From positions 22,382,001 through 22,446,000 of the forward strand of contig OZ059900.1 in NCBI GenBank assembly GCA_964057225.1: a stretch of 64,000 bases of DNA, written 5' to 3'. Position 1 is the stretch's first letter. Each line of letters starts with the position of its first letter. Of this stretch, positions 27,830 to 43,600 are shown piece by piece. Made by a program: the position numbers and the translations under genes. This DNA comes from Auanema rhodensis. Lineage: Eukaryota > Animalia > Nematoda. The notes below the pieces were generated by a model. The model was not told where the DNA came from and did not search any database. It saw only the letters and a program-made list of their open reading frames with translations.

Positions 27830-30800
27830 TCAATGAAACCTAGCTCAAAATTGTTCGTACAACGTCTAATTCCACTTTCACGACAAAAAAACAGGGGTTA
27901 GAAAATTAAGGAAATTAGCATATTCTGAGGGCACGCCCCTTATGGCTAATATTGATTAAATCGATTTTTGTTCATATGAGTCGTCAAATGCAACGAATTT
28001 CAGCGTGTTACATACTAAAATGAAGCATTTTACATGCTGAACACTAGAAAAATACAAAAACACAGTATTTCCCATGAGAAATATTTTATTATGCTGGAAA
28101 ACCAGTTTTTGGAAATTTCGCTGTAAACAAGGTTTTGACTTACGATTTCATGTGTTCAAACTCATGCAATGTCAATGAAACCTAGCTCAAAATTGTTCCT
28201 ACAACGTCTAGTTCCACTTTCACGACAAAAAAACAGGGGTTAGAAAATTAAGGAAATTAGCATATTCTGAGGGCACGCCCCTTATGGCTAATATTGATTA
28301 AATCGATTTTTGTTCATATGAGTCGTCAAATGCAACGAATTTCAGCGTGTTACATACTAAAATGAAGCATTTTACATGCTTAACACTAGAAAAATACAAA
28401 AACACAGTATTTCCCATGAGAAATATTTTATTATGCTGGAAAACCAGTTTTTGGAAATTTCGCTGTAAACAAGGTTTCGACTTACGATTTCATGTGTTCA
28501 AACTCATGCAATGTCAATGAAACCTAGCTCAAAATTGTTTCTACAACGTCTAGTTCCACTTTCACGACAAAAAAACAGGGGTTAGAAAATTAAGGAAATT
28601 AGCATATTCTGAGGGCACGCCCCTTATGGCTAATATTGATTAAATCGATTTTTGTTCATATGAGTCGTCAAATGCAACGAATTTCAGCGTGTTACATACT
28701 AAAATGAAGCATTTTACATGCTGAACACTAGAAAAATACAAAAACACAGTATTTCCCAGGAGAAATATTTTATTATGCTGGAAAACCAGTTTTTGGAAAT
28801 TTCGCTGCAAACAAGGTTTTGACTTACGATTTCATGTGTTCAAACTCATGCAATGTCAATGAAACCTAGCTCAAAATTGTTCGTACAACGTCTAATTCCA
28901 CTTTCACGACAAAAGAACAGGGGTTAGAAAATTAAGGAAATTAGCATATTCTGAGGGCACGCCCCTTATGGCTAATATTGATTAAATCGATTTTTGTTCA
29001 TATGAGTCGTCAAATGCAACGAATTTCAGCGTGTTACATACTAAAATGAAGCATTTTACATGCTGAACACTAGAAAAATACAAAAACACAGTATTTCCCA
29101 TGAGAAATATTTTATTATGCTGGAAAACCAGTTTTTGGAAATTTCGCTGTAAACAAGGTTTTGACTTACGATTTCATGTGTTCAAACTCATGCAATGTCA
29201 ATGAAACCTAGCTCAAAATTGTTCGTACAACGTCTAGTTCCACTTTCACGACAAAAAAACAGGGGTTAGAAAATTAAGGAAATTAGCATATTCTGAGGGC
29301 ACGCCCCTTATGGCTAATATTGATTAAATCGATTTTTGTTCATATGAGTCGTCAAATGCAACAAATTTCAGCGTGTTACATACTAAAATGAAGCATTTTA
29401 CAAGCTGAACACTAGAAAAATACAAAAACACAGTTTTTCCCATGAGAAATATTTTATTATGCTGGAAAACCAGTTTTTGGAAATTTCGCTGTAAACAAGG
29501 TTTTGACTTACGATTTCATGTGTTCAAACTCATGCAATGTCAATGAAACCTAGCTCAAAATTGTTCGTACAACGTCTAGTTCCACTTTCACGACAAAAAA
29601 ACAGGGGTTAGAAAATTAAGGAAATTAGCATATTCTGAGGGCACGCCCCTTATGGCTAATATTGATTAAATCGATTTTTGTTCATATGAGTCGTCAAATG
29701 CAACAAATTTCAGCGTGTTACATACTAAAATGAAGCATTTTACAAGCTGAACACTAGAAAAATACAAAAACACAGTTTTTCCCATGAGAAATATTTTATT
29801 ATGCTGGAAACCAGTTTTTGGAATTTTCGCTGTAAACAAGGTTTTGACTTACGATTTCATGTGTTCAAACTCATGCAATGTCAATGAAACCTAGCTCAAA
29901 ATTGTTCGTACAACGTCTAATTCCACTTTCACGACAAAAAAACAGGGGTTAGAAAATTAAGGAAATTAGCATATTCTGAGGGCACGCCCCTTATGGCTAA
30001 TATTGATTAAATCGATTTTTGTTCATATGAGTCGTCAAATGCAACGAATTTCAGCGTGTTACATACTAAAATGAAGCATTTTACATGCTGAACACTAGAA
30101 AAATACAAAAACACAGTATTTCCCATGAGAAATATTTTATTATGCTGGAAAACCAGTTTTTGGAAATTTCGCTGTAAACAAGGTTTTGACTTACGATTTC
30201 ATGTGTTCAAACTCATGCAATGTCAATGAAACCTAGCTCAAAATTGTTCCTACAACGTCTAGTTCCACTTTCACGACAAAAAAACAGGGGTTAGAAAATT
30301 AAGGAAATTAGCATATTCTGAGGGCACGCCCCTTATGGCTAATATTGATTAAATCGATTTTTGTTCATATGAGTCGTCAAATGCAACGAATTTCAGCGTG
30401 TTACATACTAAAATGAAGCATTTTACATGCTTAACACTAGAAAAATACAAAAACACAGTATTTCCCATGAGAAATATTTTATTATGCTGGAAAACCAGTT
30501 TTTGGAAATTTCGCTGTAAACAAGGTTTCGACTTACGATTTCATGTGTTCAAACTCATGCAATGTCAATGAAACCTAGCTCAAAATTGTTTCTACAACGT
30601 CTAGTTCCACTTTCACGACAAAAAAACAGGGGTTAGAAAATTAAGGAAATTAGCATATTCTGAGGGCACGCCCCTTATGGCTAATATTGATTAAATCGAT
30701 TTTTGTTCATATGAGTCGTCAAATGCAACGAATTTCAGCGTGTTACATACTAAAATGAAGCATTTTACATGCTGAACACTAGAAAAATACAAAAACACAG

Positions 30801-31930
30801 TATTTCCCAGGAGAAATATTTTATTATGCTGGAAAACCAGTTTTTGGAAATTTCGCTGCAAACAAGGTTTTGACTTACGATTTCATGTGTTCAAACTCAT
30901 GCAATGTCAATGAAACCTAGCTCAAAATTGTTCGTACAACGTCTAATTCCACTTTCACGACAAAAGAACAGGGGTTAGAAAATTAAGGAAATTAGCATAT
31001 TCTGAGGGCACGCCCCTTATGGCTAATATTGATTAAATCGATTTTTGTTCATATGAGTCGTCAAATGCAACGAATTTCAGCGTGTTACATACTAAAATGA
31101 AGCATTTTACATGCTGAACACTAGAAAAATACAAAAACACAGTATTTCCCATGAGAAATATTTTATTATGCTGGAAAACCAGTTTTTGGAAATTTCGCTG
31201 TAAACAAGGTTTTGACTTACGATTTCATGTGTTCAAACTCATGCAATGTCAATGAAACCTAGCTCAAAATTGTTCGTACAACGTCTAGTTCCACTTTCAC
31301 GACAAAAAAACAGGGGTTAGAAAATTAAGGAAATTAGCATATTCTGAGGGCACGCCCCTTATGGCTAATATTGATTAAATCGATTTTTGTTCATATGAGT
31401 CGTCAAATGCAACAAATTTCAGCGTGTTACATACTAAAATGAAGCATTTTACAAGCTGAACACTAGAAAAATACAAAAACACAGTTTTTCCCATGAGAAA
31501 TATTTTATTATGCTGGAAAACCAGTTTTTGGAAATTTCGCTGTAAACAAGGTTTTGACTTACGATTTCATGTGTTCAAACTCATGCAATGTCAATGAAAC
31601 CTAGCTCAAAATTGTTCGTACAACGTCTAGTTCCACTTTCACGACAAAAAAACAGGGGTTAGAAAATTAAGGAAATTAGCATATTCTGAGGGCACGCCCC
31701 TTATGGCTAATATTGATTAAATCGATTTTTGTTCATATGAGTCGTCAAATGCAACAAATTTCAGCGTGTTACATACTAAAATGAAGCATTTTACAAGCTG
31801 AACACTAGAAAAATACAAAAACACAGTTTTTCCCATGAGAAATATTTTATTATGCTGGAAACCAGTTTTTGGAATTTTCGCTGTAAACAAGGTTTTGACT
31901 TACGATTTCATGTGTTCAAACTCATGCAAT
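27830..31930. repeat. 6-mer tandem duplication, period 2,051 bp
   Basis: The rare CCCAGGAG variant occurs only at 28759 and 30810. GCTGCAAA, AAAAGAAC, ACAAGCTG and the GGAAACC deletion repeat at the same offset. Ends are approximate. Confidence 0.85.
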
Positions 31931-34900
31931 GTCAATGAAACCTAGCTCAAAATTGTTCGTACAACGTCTAGTTCCACTTTCACGACAAAAAAACAGGGGT
32001 TAGAAAATTTAGGAAATTAGCATATTCTGAGGGCACGCCCCTTATGGCTAATATTGATTAAATCGATTTTTGTTCATATGAGTCGTCAAAAGCAACGAAT
32101 TTCAGCGTGTTACATACTAAAATGAAGTATTTTACATGCTGAACACTAGAAAAATACAAAAACACAGTATTTCCCATGAGAAATATTTTATTATGCTGGA
32201 AAACCAGTTTTTGGAAATTTCGCTGTAAACAAGGTTTTGACTTACGATTTCATGTGTTCAAACTCATGCAATGTCAATGAAACCTTGCTCAAAATTGTTC
32301 CTACAACGTCTAGTTCCACTTTCACGACAAAAAAACAGGGGTTAGAAAATTAAGGAAATTAGCATATTCTGAGGGCACGCCCCTTATGGCTAATATTGAT
32401 TAAATCGATTTTTGTTCATATGAGTCGTCAAATGAAACGAATTTCAGGGTGTTACATACTAAAATGAAGCATTTTACATGCTGAACACTATAAAAATACA
32501 AAAACACAGTATTTCCCATGAGAAATATTTTATTATGCTGGAAAACCAGTTTTTGGAAAGTTCGCTGTAAACAAGGTTTTGACTTACGATTTCATGTGTT
32601 CAAACTCATGCAATGTCAATGAAACCTAGCTCAAAATTGTTCCTACAACGTCTAATTCCACTTTCACGACAAAAAAACAGGGGTTAGAAAATTAAGGAAA
32701 TTAGCATATTCTGAGGGCACGCCCCTTATGGCTAATATTGATTAAATCGATTTTTGTTCATATGAGTCGTCAAATGAAACGAATTTCAGCGTGTTTTATA
32801 CTATAATGGAGTATTTTACATGCTGAACACTAGAAAAATACAAAAACACAGTATTTCCCATGAGAAATATTTTATTATGCTGGAAAACCAGTTTTTGGAA
32901 ATTTCGCTGTAAACAAGGTTTTGACTTACGATTTCATGTGTTCAAACTCATGCAATGTCAATGAAACCTAGCTCAAAATTGTTCCTACAACGTCTAGTTC
33001 CACTTTCACGACAAAAAACAGGGGTTAGAAAATTAAGGAAATTAGCATATTCTGAGGGCACGCCCCTTATGGCTTATATTGATTAAATCGATTTTTGTTC
33101 ATATGAGTCGTCAAATGCAACGAATTTCAGCGTGTTACATACTATAATGGAGTATTTTACATGCTGAACACTAGAAAAATACAAAAACACAGTATTTCCC
33201 ATGAGAAATTTTTTATTATGCTGGAAAACCAGTTTTTGGAAATTTCGCTGTAAACAAGGTTTTGACTTACGATTTCATGTGTTCGAACTCATGCAATGTC
33301 AATGAAACCTAGCTCAAAATTGTTCCTACAACGTCTAGTTCCACTTTCACGACAAAAAACAGGGGTTAGAAAATTAAGGAAATTAGCATATTCTGAGGGC
33401 ACGCCCCTTATGGCTAATATTGATTAAATCGATTTTTGTTCATATGAGTCGTCAAATGCAACGAATTTCAGCGTGTTACATACTAAAATGAAGCATTTTA
33501 CATGCTGAACACTAAAAAAATACAAAAACACAGTATTTCCCATGAGAAATATTTTATTATGCTGGAAAACCAGTTTTTGGAAATTTCGCTGTAAACAAGG
33601 TTTTGACTTACGATTTCATGTGTTCAAACTCATGCAATGTCAATGAAACCTAGCTCAAAATTGTTCCTACAACGTCTAATTCCACTTTCACGACAAAAAA
33701 ACAGGGGTTAGAAAATTAAGGAAATTAGCATATTCTGAGGGCACGCCCCTTATGGCTAATATTGATTAAATCGATTTTTGTTCATATGAGTCGTCAAATG
33801 CAACGAATTTCAGCGTGTTACATACTAAAATGAAGTATTTTACATGCTGAACACTAGAAAAATACAAAAACACAGTATTTCCCATGAGAAATATTTTATT
33901 ATGCTGGAAAACCAGTTTTTGGAAATTTCGCTGTAAACAAGGTTTTGACTTACGATTTCATGTGTTCAAACTCATGCAATGTCAATGAAACCTAGCTCAA
34001 AATTGTTCCTACAACGTCTAGTTCCACTTTCACGACAAAAAAACAGGGGTTAGAAAATTAAGGAAATTAGCATATTCTGAGGGCACGCCCCTTATGGCTA
34101 ATATTGATTAAATCGATTTTTGTTCATATGAGTCGTCAAATGCAACGAATTTCAGCGTGTTACATACTAAAATGAAGCATTTTACATGCTTAACACTAGA
34201 AAAATACAAAAACACAGTATTTCCCATGAGAAATATTTTATTATGCTGGAAAACCAGTTTTTGGAAATTTCGCTGTAAACAAGGTTTCGACTTACGATTT
34301 CATGTGTTCAAACTCATGCAATGTCAATGAAACCTAGCTCAAAATTGTTTCTACAACGTCTAGTTCCACTTTCACGACAAAAAAACAGGGGTTAGAAAAT
34401 TAAGGAAATTAGCATATTCTGAGGGCACGCCCCTTATGGCTAATATTGATTAAATCGATTTTTGTTCATATGAGTCGTCAAATGCAACGAATTTCAGCGT
34501 GTTACATACTAAAATGAAGCATTTTACATGCTGAACACTAGAAAAATACAAAAACACAGTATTTCCCATGAGAAATATTTTATTATGCTGGAAAACCAGT
34601 TTTTGGAAATTTCGCTGCAAACAAGGTTTTGACTTACGATTTCATGTGTTCAAACTCATGCAATGTCAATGAAACCTAGCTCAAAATTGTTCGTACAACG
34701 TCTAATTCCACTTTCACGACAAAAGAACAGGGGTTAGAAAATTAAGGAAATTAGCATATTCTGAGGGCACGCCCCTTATGGCTAATATTGATTAAATCGA
34801 TTTTTGTTCATATGAGTCGTCAAATGCAACGAATTTCAGCGTGTTACATACTAAAATGAAGCATTTTACATGCTGAACACTAGAAAAATACAAAAACACA

Positions 34901-37610
34901 GTATTTCCCATGAGAAATATTTTATTATGCTGGAAAACCAGTTTTTGGAAATTTCGCTGTAAACAAGGTTTTGACTTACGATTTCATGTGTTCAAACTCA
35001 TGCAATGTCAATGAAACCTAGCTCAAAATTGTTCGTACAACGTCTAGTTCCACTTTCACGACAAAAAAACAGGGGTTAGAAAATTAAGGAAATTAGCATA
35101 TTCTGAGGGCACGCCCCTTATGGCTAATATTGATTAAATCGATTTTTGTTCATATGAGTCGTCAAATGCAACAAATTTCAGCGTGTTACATACTAAAATG
35201 AAGCATTTTACAAGCTGAACACTAGAAAAATACAAAAACACAGTTTTTCCCATGAGAAATATTTTATTATGCTGGAAAACCAGTTTTTGGAAATTTCGCT
35301 GTAAACAAGGTTTTGACTTACGATTTCATGTGTTCAAACTCATGCAATGTCAATGAAACCTAGCTCAAAATTGTTCGTACAACGTCTAGTTCCACTTTCA
35401 CGACAAAAAAACAGGGGTTAGAAAAATAAGGAAATTAGCATATTCTGAGGGCACGCCCCTTATGGCTAATATTGATTAAATCGATTTTTGTTCATATGAG
35501 TCGTCAAATGCAACAAATTTCAGCGTGTTACATACTAAAATGAAGCATTTTACAAGCTGAACACTAGAAAAATACAAAAACACAGTTTTTCCCATGAGAA
35601 ATATTTTATTATGCTGGAAACCAGTTTTTGGAATTTTCGCTGTAAACAAGGTTTTGACTTACGATTTCATGTGTTCAAACTCATGCAATGTCAATGAAAC
35701 CTAGCTCAAAATTGTTCGTACAACGTCTAGTTCCACTTTCACGACAAAAAAACAGGGGTTAGAAAATTTAGGAAATTAGCATATTCTGAGGGCACGCCCC
35801 TTATGGCTAATATTGATTAAATCGATTTTTGTTCATATGAGTCGTCAAAAGCAACGAATTTCAGCGTGTTACATACTAAAATGAAGTATTTTACATGCTG
35901 AACACTAGAAAAATACAAAAACACAGTATTTCCCATGAGAAATATTTTATTATGCTGGAAAACCAGTTTTTGGAAATTTCGCTGTAAACAAGGTTTTGAC
36001 TTACGATTTCATGTGTTCAAACTCATGCAATGTCAATGAAACCTTGCTCAAAATTGTTCCTACAACGTCTAGTTCCACTTTCACGACAAAAAAACAGGGG
36101 TTAGAAAATTAAGGAAATTAGCATATTCTGAGGGCACGCCCCTTATGGCTAATATTGATTAAATCGATTTTTGTTCATATGAGTCGTCAAATGAAACGAA
36201 TTTCAGGGTGTTACATACTAAAATGAAGCATTTTACATGCTGAACACTATAAAAATACAAAAACACAGTATTTCCCATGAGAAATATTTTATTATGCTGG
36301 AAAACCAGTTTTTGGAAAGTTCGCTGTAAACAAGGTTTTGACTTACGATTTCATGTGTTCAAACTCATGCAATGTCAATGAAACCTAGCTCAAAATTGTT
36401 CCTACAACGTCTAATTCCACTTTCACGACAAAAAAACAGGGGTTAGAAAATTAAGGAAATTAGCATATTCTGAGGGCACGCCCCTTATGGCTAATATTGA
36501 TTAAATCGATTTTTGTTCATATGAGTCGTCAAATGAAACGAATTTCAGCGTGTTACATACTATAATGGAGTATTTTACATGCTGAACACTAGAAAAATAC
36601 AAAAACACAGTATTTCCCATGAGAAATATTTTATTATGCTGGAAAACCAGTTTTTGGAAATTTCGCTGTAAACAAGGTTTTGACTTACGATTTCATGTGT
36701 TCAAACTCATGCAATGTCAATGAAACCTAGCTCAAAATTGTTCCTACAACGTCTAGTTCCACTTTCACGACAAAAAACAGGGGTTAGAAAATTAAGGAAA
36801 TTAGCATATTCTGAGGGCACGCCCCTTATGGCTTATATTGATTAAATCGATTTTTGTTCATATGAGTCGTCAAATGCAACGAATTTCAGCGTGTTACATA
36901 CTATAATGGAGTATTTTACATGCTGAACACTAGAAAAATACAAAAACACAGTATTTCCCATGAGAAATATTTTATTATGCTGGAAAACCAGTTTTTGGAA
37001 ATTTCGCTGTAAACAAGGTTTTGACTTACGATTTCATGTGTTCGAACTCATGCAATGTCAATGAAACCTAGCTCAAAATTGTTCCTACAACGTCTAGTTC
37101 CACTTTCACGACAAAAAACAGGGGTTAGAAAATTAAGGAAATTAGCATATTCTGAGGGCACGCCCCTTATGGCTAATATTGATTAAATCGATTTTTGTTC
37201 ATATGAGTCGTCAAATGCAACGAATTTCAGCGTGTTACATACTAAAATGAAGCATTTTACATGCTGAACACTAAAAAAATACAAAAACACAGTATTTCCC
37301 ATGAGAAATATTTTATTATGCTGGAAAACCAGTTTTTGGAAATTTCGCTGTAAACAAGGTTTTGACTTACGATTTCATGTGTTCAAACTCATGCAATGTC
37401 AATGAAACCTAGCTCAAAATTGTTCCTACAACGTCTAATTCCACTTTCACGACAAAAAAACAGGGGTTAGAAAATTAAGGAAATTAGCATATTCTGAGGG
37501 CACGCCCCTTATGGCTAATATTGATTAAATCGATTTTTGTTCATATGAGTCGTCAAATGCAACGAATTTCAGCGTGTTACATACTAAAATGAAGTATTTT
37601 ACATGCTGAA
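30093..37610. repeat. 11-mer tandem duplication, period 3,759 bp (third copy at 42394-46152)
   Basis: The same ordered markers start from 30093, 33852 and 42394: GCTTAA; TTTCGAC; GCTGCA/AAAAGAAC; ACAAGC x2; GGAATTTTC/CAAAAGC; CCTTGC/CAGGGT; TATAATGG; GGCTTA; TTCGAAC; CTAAAAA. Confidence 0.87.
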
Positions 37611-40600
37611 CACTAGAAAAATACAAAAACACAGTATTTCCCATGAGAAATATTTTATTATGCTGGAAAACCAGTTTTTGGAAATTTCGCTGTAAAAAAG
37701 GTTTTGACTTACGATTTCATGTGTTCAAACTCATGCAATGTCAATGAAACCTAGCTCAAAATTGTTCTCACAACGTCTAGTTCCACTTTCACGACAAAAA
37801 ACAGGGGTTAGAAAATTAAGGAAATTAGCATATTCTGAGGGCACGCCCCTTATGGCTTATATTGATTAAATCGATTTTTGTTCATATGAGTCGTCAAATG
37901 CAACGAATTTCAGCGTGTTACATACTAAAATGGAGTATTTTACATGCTGAACACTAGAAAAATACAAAAACACAGTATTTCCCATGAGAAATATTTTATT
38001 ATGCTGGAAAACCAGTTTTTGGAAATTTCGCTGTAAACAAGGTTTTGACTTACGATTTCATGTGTTCGAACTCATGCAATGTCAATGAAACCTAGCTCAA
38101 AATTGTTCCTACAACGTCTAGTTCCACTTTCACGACAAAAAACAGGGGTTAGAAAATTAAGGAAATTAGCATATTCTGAGGGCACGCCCCTTATGGCTAA
38201 TATTGATTAAATCGATTTTTGTTCATATGAGTCGTCAAATGCAACGAATTTCAGCGTGTTACATACTAAAATGAAGCATTTTACATGCTGAACACTAGAA
38301 AAATACAAAAACACAGTATTTCCCATGAGAAATATTTTATTATGCTGGAAAACCAGTTTTTGGAAATTTCGCTGTAAACAAGGTTTTGACTTACGATTTC
38401 ATGTGTTCAAACTCATGCAATGTCAATGAAACCTAGCTCAAAATTGTTCCTACAACGTCTAATTCCACTTTCACGACAAAAAAACAGGGGTTAGAAAATT
38501 AAGGAAATTAGCATATTCTGAGGGCACGCCCCTTATGGCTAATATTGATTAAATCGATTTTTGTTCATATGAGTCTTCAAATGCAACGAATTTCAGCGTG
38601 TTACATACTAAAATGAAGCATTTTACATGCTGAACACTAAAAAAATACAAAAACACAGTATTTCCCATGAGAAATATTTTATTATGCTGGAAAACCAGTT
38701 TTTGGAAATTTCGCTGTAAACAAGGTTTTGACTTACGATTTCATGTGTTCAAACTCATGCAATGTCAATGAAACCTAGCTCAAAATTGTTCGTACAACGT
38801 CTAGTTCCACTTTCACGACAAAAAAACAGGGGTTAGAAAATTTAGGAAATTAGCATATTCTGAGGGCACGCCCCTTATGGCTAATATTGATTAAATCGAT
38901 TTTTGTTCATATGAGTCGTCAAAAGCAACGAATTTCAGCGTGTTACATACTAAAATGAAGTATTTTACATGCTGAACACTAGAAAAATACAAAAACACAG
39001 TATTTCCCATGAGAAATATTTTATTATGCTGGAAAACCAGTTTTTGGAAATTTCGCTGTAAACAAGGTTTTGACTTACGATTTCATGTGTTCAAACTCAT
39101 GCAATGTCAATGAAACCTAGCTCAAAATTGTTCGTACAACGTCTAGTTCCACTTTCACGACAAAAAAACAGGGGTTCGAAAATTAAGGAAATTAGCATAT
39201 TCTGAGGGCACGCCCCTTATGGCTAATATTGATTAAATCGATTTTTGTTCATATGAGTCGTCAAATGCAACAAATTTCAGCGTGTTACATACTAAAATGA
39301 AGCATTTTACAAGCTGAACACTAGAAAAATACAAAAACACAGTTTTTCCCATGAGAAATATTTTATTATGCTGGAAAACCAGTTTTTGGAAATTTCGCTG
39401 TAAACAAGGTTTTGACTTACGATTTCATGTGTTCAAACTCATGCAATGTCAATGAAACCTAGCTCAAAATTGTTCGTACAACGTCTAGTTCCACTTTCAC
39501 GACAAAAAAACAGGGGTTAGAAAATTTAGGAAATTAGCATATTCTGAGGGCACGCCCCTTATGGCTAATATTGATTAAATCGATTTTGGTTCATATGAGT
39601 CGTCAAATGCAACGAATTTCAGCGTGTTACATACTAAAATGAAGCATTTTACATGCTGAACACTAGAAAAATACAAAAACACAGTTTTACCCATGAGAAA
39701 TATTTTATTATGCTGGAAAACCAGTTTTTGGAAATTTCGCTGTAAACAAGGTTTTGACTTACGATTTCATGTGTTCAAACTCATGCAATGTCAATGAAAC
39801 CTAGCTCAAAATTGTTCGTACAACGTCTAGTTCCACTTTCACGACAAAAAAACAGGGGTTAGAAAATTTAGGAAATTAGCATATTCTGAGGGCACGCCCC
39901 TTATGGCTAATATTGATTAAATCGATTTTTGTTCATATGAGTCGTCAAATGCAACGAATTTCAGCGTGTTACATACTAAAATGAAGTATTTTACATGCTG
40001 AACACTAGAAAAATACAAAAACACAGTATTTCCCATGAGAAATATTTTATTATGCTGGAAAACCAGTTTTTGGAAATTTCGCTGTAAACAAGGTTTTGAC
40101 TTACGATTTCATGTGTTCAAACTCATGCAATGTCAATGAAACCTTGCTCAAAATTGTTCCTACAACGTCTAGTTCCACTTTCACGACAAAAAAACAGGGG
40201 TTAGAAAATTAAGGAAATTAGCATATTCTGAGGGCACGCCCCTTATGGCTAATATTGATTAAATCGATTTTTGTTCATATGAGTCGTCAAATGAAACGAA
40301 TTTCAGGGTGTTACATACAAAAATGAAGCATTTTACATGCTGAACACTATAAAAATACAAAAACACAGTATTTCCCATGAGAAATATTTTATTATGCTGG
40401 AAAACCAGTTTTTGGAAAGTTCGCTGTAAACAAGGTTTTGACTTACGATTTCATGTGTTCAAACTCATGCAATGTCAATGAAACCTTGCTCAAAATTGTT
40501 TCTACAACGTCTAGTTCCACTTTCACGACAAAAAAACAGGGGTTAGAAAATTAAGGAAATTAGCATATTCTGAGGGCACGCCCCTTATGGCTAATATTGA

Positions 40601-43600
40601 TTAAATCGATTTTTGTTCATATGAGTCGTCAAATGAAACGAATTTCAGGGTGTTACATACTAAAATGAAGCATTTTACATGCTGAACACTATAAAAATAC
40701 AAAAACTTAGTATTTCCCATGAGAAATATTTTATTATGCTGGAAAACCAGTTTTTGGAAAGTTCGCTGTAAACAAGGTTTTGACTTACGATTTCATGTGT
40801 TCAAACTCATGCAATGTCAATGAAACCTAGCTCAAAATTGTTCCTACAACGTCTTATTCCACTTTCACGACAAAAAAACAGGGGTTAGAAAATTAAGGAA
40901 ATTAGCATATTCTGAGGGCACGCCCCTTATGGCTAATATTGATTAAATCGATTTTTGTTCATATGAGTCGTCAAATGCAACGAATTTCAGCGTGTTACAT
41001 ACTTAAATGAAGTATTTTACATGCTGAACACTAGAAAAATACAAAAACACAGTATTTCCCATGAGAAATATTTTATTATGCTGGAAAACCAGTTTTTGGA
41101 AATTTCGCTGTAAACAAGGTTTTGACTTACGATTTCATGTGTTCAAACTCATGCAATGTCAATGAAACCTAGCTCAAAATTGTTCCTACAACGTCTAGTT
41201 CCACTTTCACGACAAAAAACAGGGGTTAGAAAATTAAGGAAATTAGCATATTCTGAGGGCACGCCCCTTATGGCTTATATTGATTAAATCGATTTTTGTT
41301 CATATGAGTCGTCAAATGCAACGAATTTCAGCGTGTTACATACTAAAATGGAGTATTTTACATGCTGAACACTAGAAAAATACAAAAACACAGTATTTCC
41401 CATGAGAAATATTTTATTATGCTGGAAAACCAGTTTTTGGAAATTTCGCTGTAAACAAGGTTTTGACTTACGATTTCATGTGTTCAAACTCATGCAATGT
41501 CAATGAAACCTAGCTCAAAATTGTTCCTACAACGTCTAGTTCCACTTTCACGACAAAAAACAGGGGTTAGAAAATTAAGGAAATTAGCATATTCTGAGGG
41601 CACGCCCCTTATGGCTTATATTGATTAAATCGATTTTTGTTCATATGAGTCGTCAAATGCAACGAATTTCAGCGTGTTACATACTATAATGGAGTATTTT
41701 ACATGCTGAACACTAGAAAAATACAAAAACACAGTATTTCCCATGAGAAATATTTTATTATGCTGGAAAACCAGTTTTTGGAAATTTCGCTGTAAACAAG
41801 GTTTTGACTTACGATTTCATGTGTTCGAACTCATGCAATGTCAATGAAACCTAGCTCAAAATTGTTCCTACAACGTCTAGTTCCACTTTCACGACAAAAA
41901 ACAGGGGTTAGAAAATTAAGGAAATTAGCATATTCTGAGGGCACGCCCCTTATGGCTAATATTGATTAAATCGATTTTTGTTCATATGAGTCGTCAAATG
42001 CAACGAATTTCAGCGTGTTACATACTAAAATGAAGCATTTTACATGCTGAACACTAAAAAAATACAAAAACACAGTATTTCCCATGAGAAATATTTTATT
42101 ATGCTGGAAAACCAGTTTTTGGAAATTTCGCTGTAAACAAGGTTTTGACTTACGATTTCATGTGTTCAAACTCATGCAATGTCAATGAAACCTAGCTCAA
42201 AATTGTTCCTACAACGTCTAATTCCACTTTCACGACAAAAAAACAGGGGTTAGAAAATTAAGGAAATTAGCATATTCTGAGGGCACGCCCCTTATGGCTA
42301 ATATTGATTAAATCGATTTTTGTTCATATGAGTCGTCAAATGCAACGAATTTCAGCGTGTTACATACTAAAATGAAGTATTTTACATGCTGAACACTAGA
42401 AAAATACAAAAACACAGTATTTCCCATGAGAAATATTTTATTATGCTGGAAAACCAGTTTTTGGAAATTTCGCTGTAAACAAGGTTTTGACTTACGATTT
42501 CATGTGTTCAAACTCATGCAATGTCAATGAAACCTAGCTCAAAATTGTTCCTACAACGTCTAGTTCCACTTTCACGACAAAAAAACAGGGGTTAGAAAAT
42601 TAAGGAAATTAGCATATTCTGAGGGCACGCCCCTTATGGCTAATATTGATTAAATCGATTTTTGTTCATATGAGTCGTCAAATGCAACGAATTTCAGCGT
42701 GTTACATACTAAAATGAAGCATTTTACATGCTTAACACTAGAAAAATACAAAAACACAGTATTTCCCATGAGAAATATTTTATTATGCTGGAAAACCAGT
42801 TTTTGGAAATTTCGCTGTAAACAAGGTTTCGACTTACGATTTCATGTGTTCAAACTCATGCAATGTCAATGAAACCTAGCTCAAAATTGTTTCTACAACG
42901 TCTAGTTCCACTTTCACGACAAAAAAACAGGGGTTAGAAAATTAAGGAAATTAGCATATTCTGAGGGCACGCCCCTTATGGCTAATATTGATTAAATCGA
43001 TTTTTGTTCATATGAGTCGTCAAATGCAACGAATTTCAGCGTGTTACATACTAAAATGAAGCATTTTACATGCTGAACACTAGAAAAATACAAAAACACA
43101 GTATTTCCCATGAGAAATATTTTATTATGCTGGAAAACCAGTTTTTGGAAATTTCGCTGCAAACAAGGTTTTGACTTACGATTTCATGTGTTCAAACTCA
43201 TGCAATGTCAATGAAACCTAGCTCAAAATTGTTCGTACAACGTCTAATTCCACTTTCACGACAAAAGAACAGGGGTTAGAAAATTAAGGAAATTAGCATA
43301 TTCTGAGGGCACGCCCCTTATGGCTAATATTGATTAAATCGATTTTTGTTCATATGAGTCGTCAAATGCAACGAATTTCAGCGTGTTACATACTAAAATG
43401 AAGCATTTTACATGCTGAACACTAGAAAAATACAAAAACACAGTATTTCCCATGAGAAATATTTTATTATGCTGGAAAACCAGTTTTTGGAAATTTCGCT
43501 GTAAACAAGGTTTTGACTTACGATTTCATGTGTTCAAACTCATGCAATGTCAATGAAACCTAGCTCAAAATTGTTCGTACAACGTCTAGTTCCACTTTCA

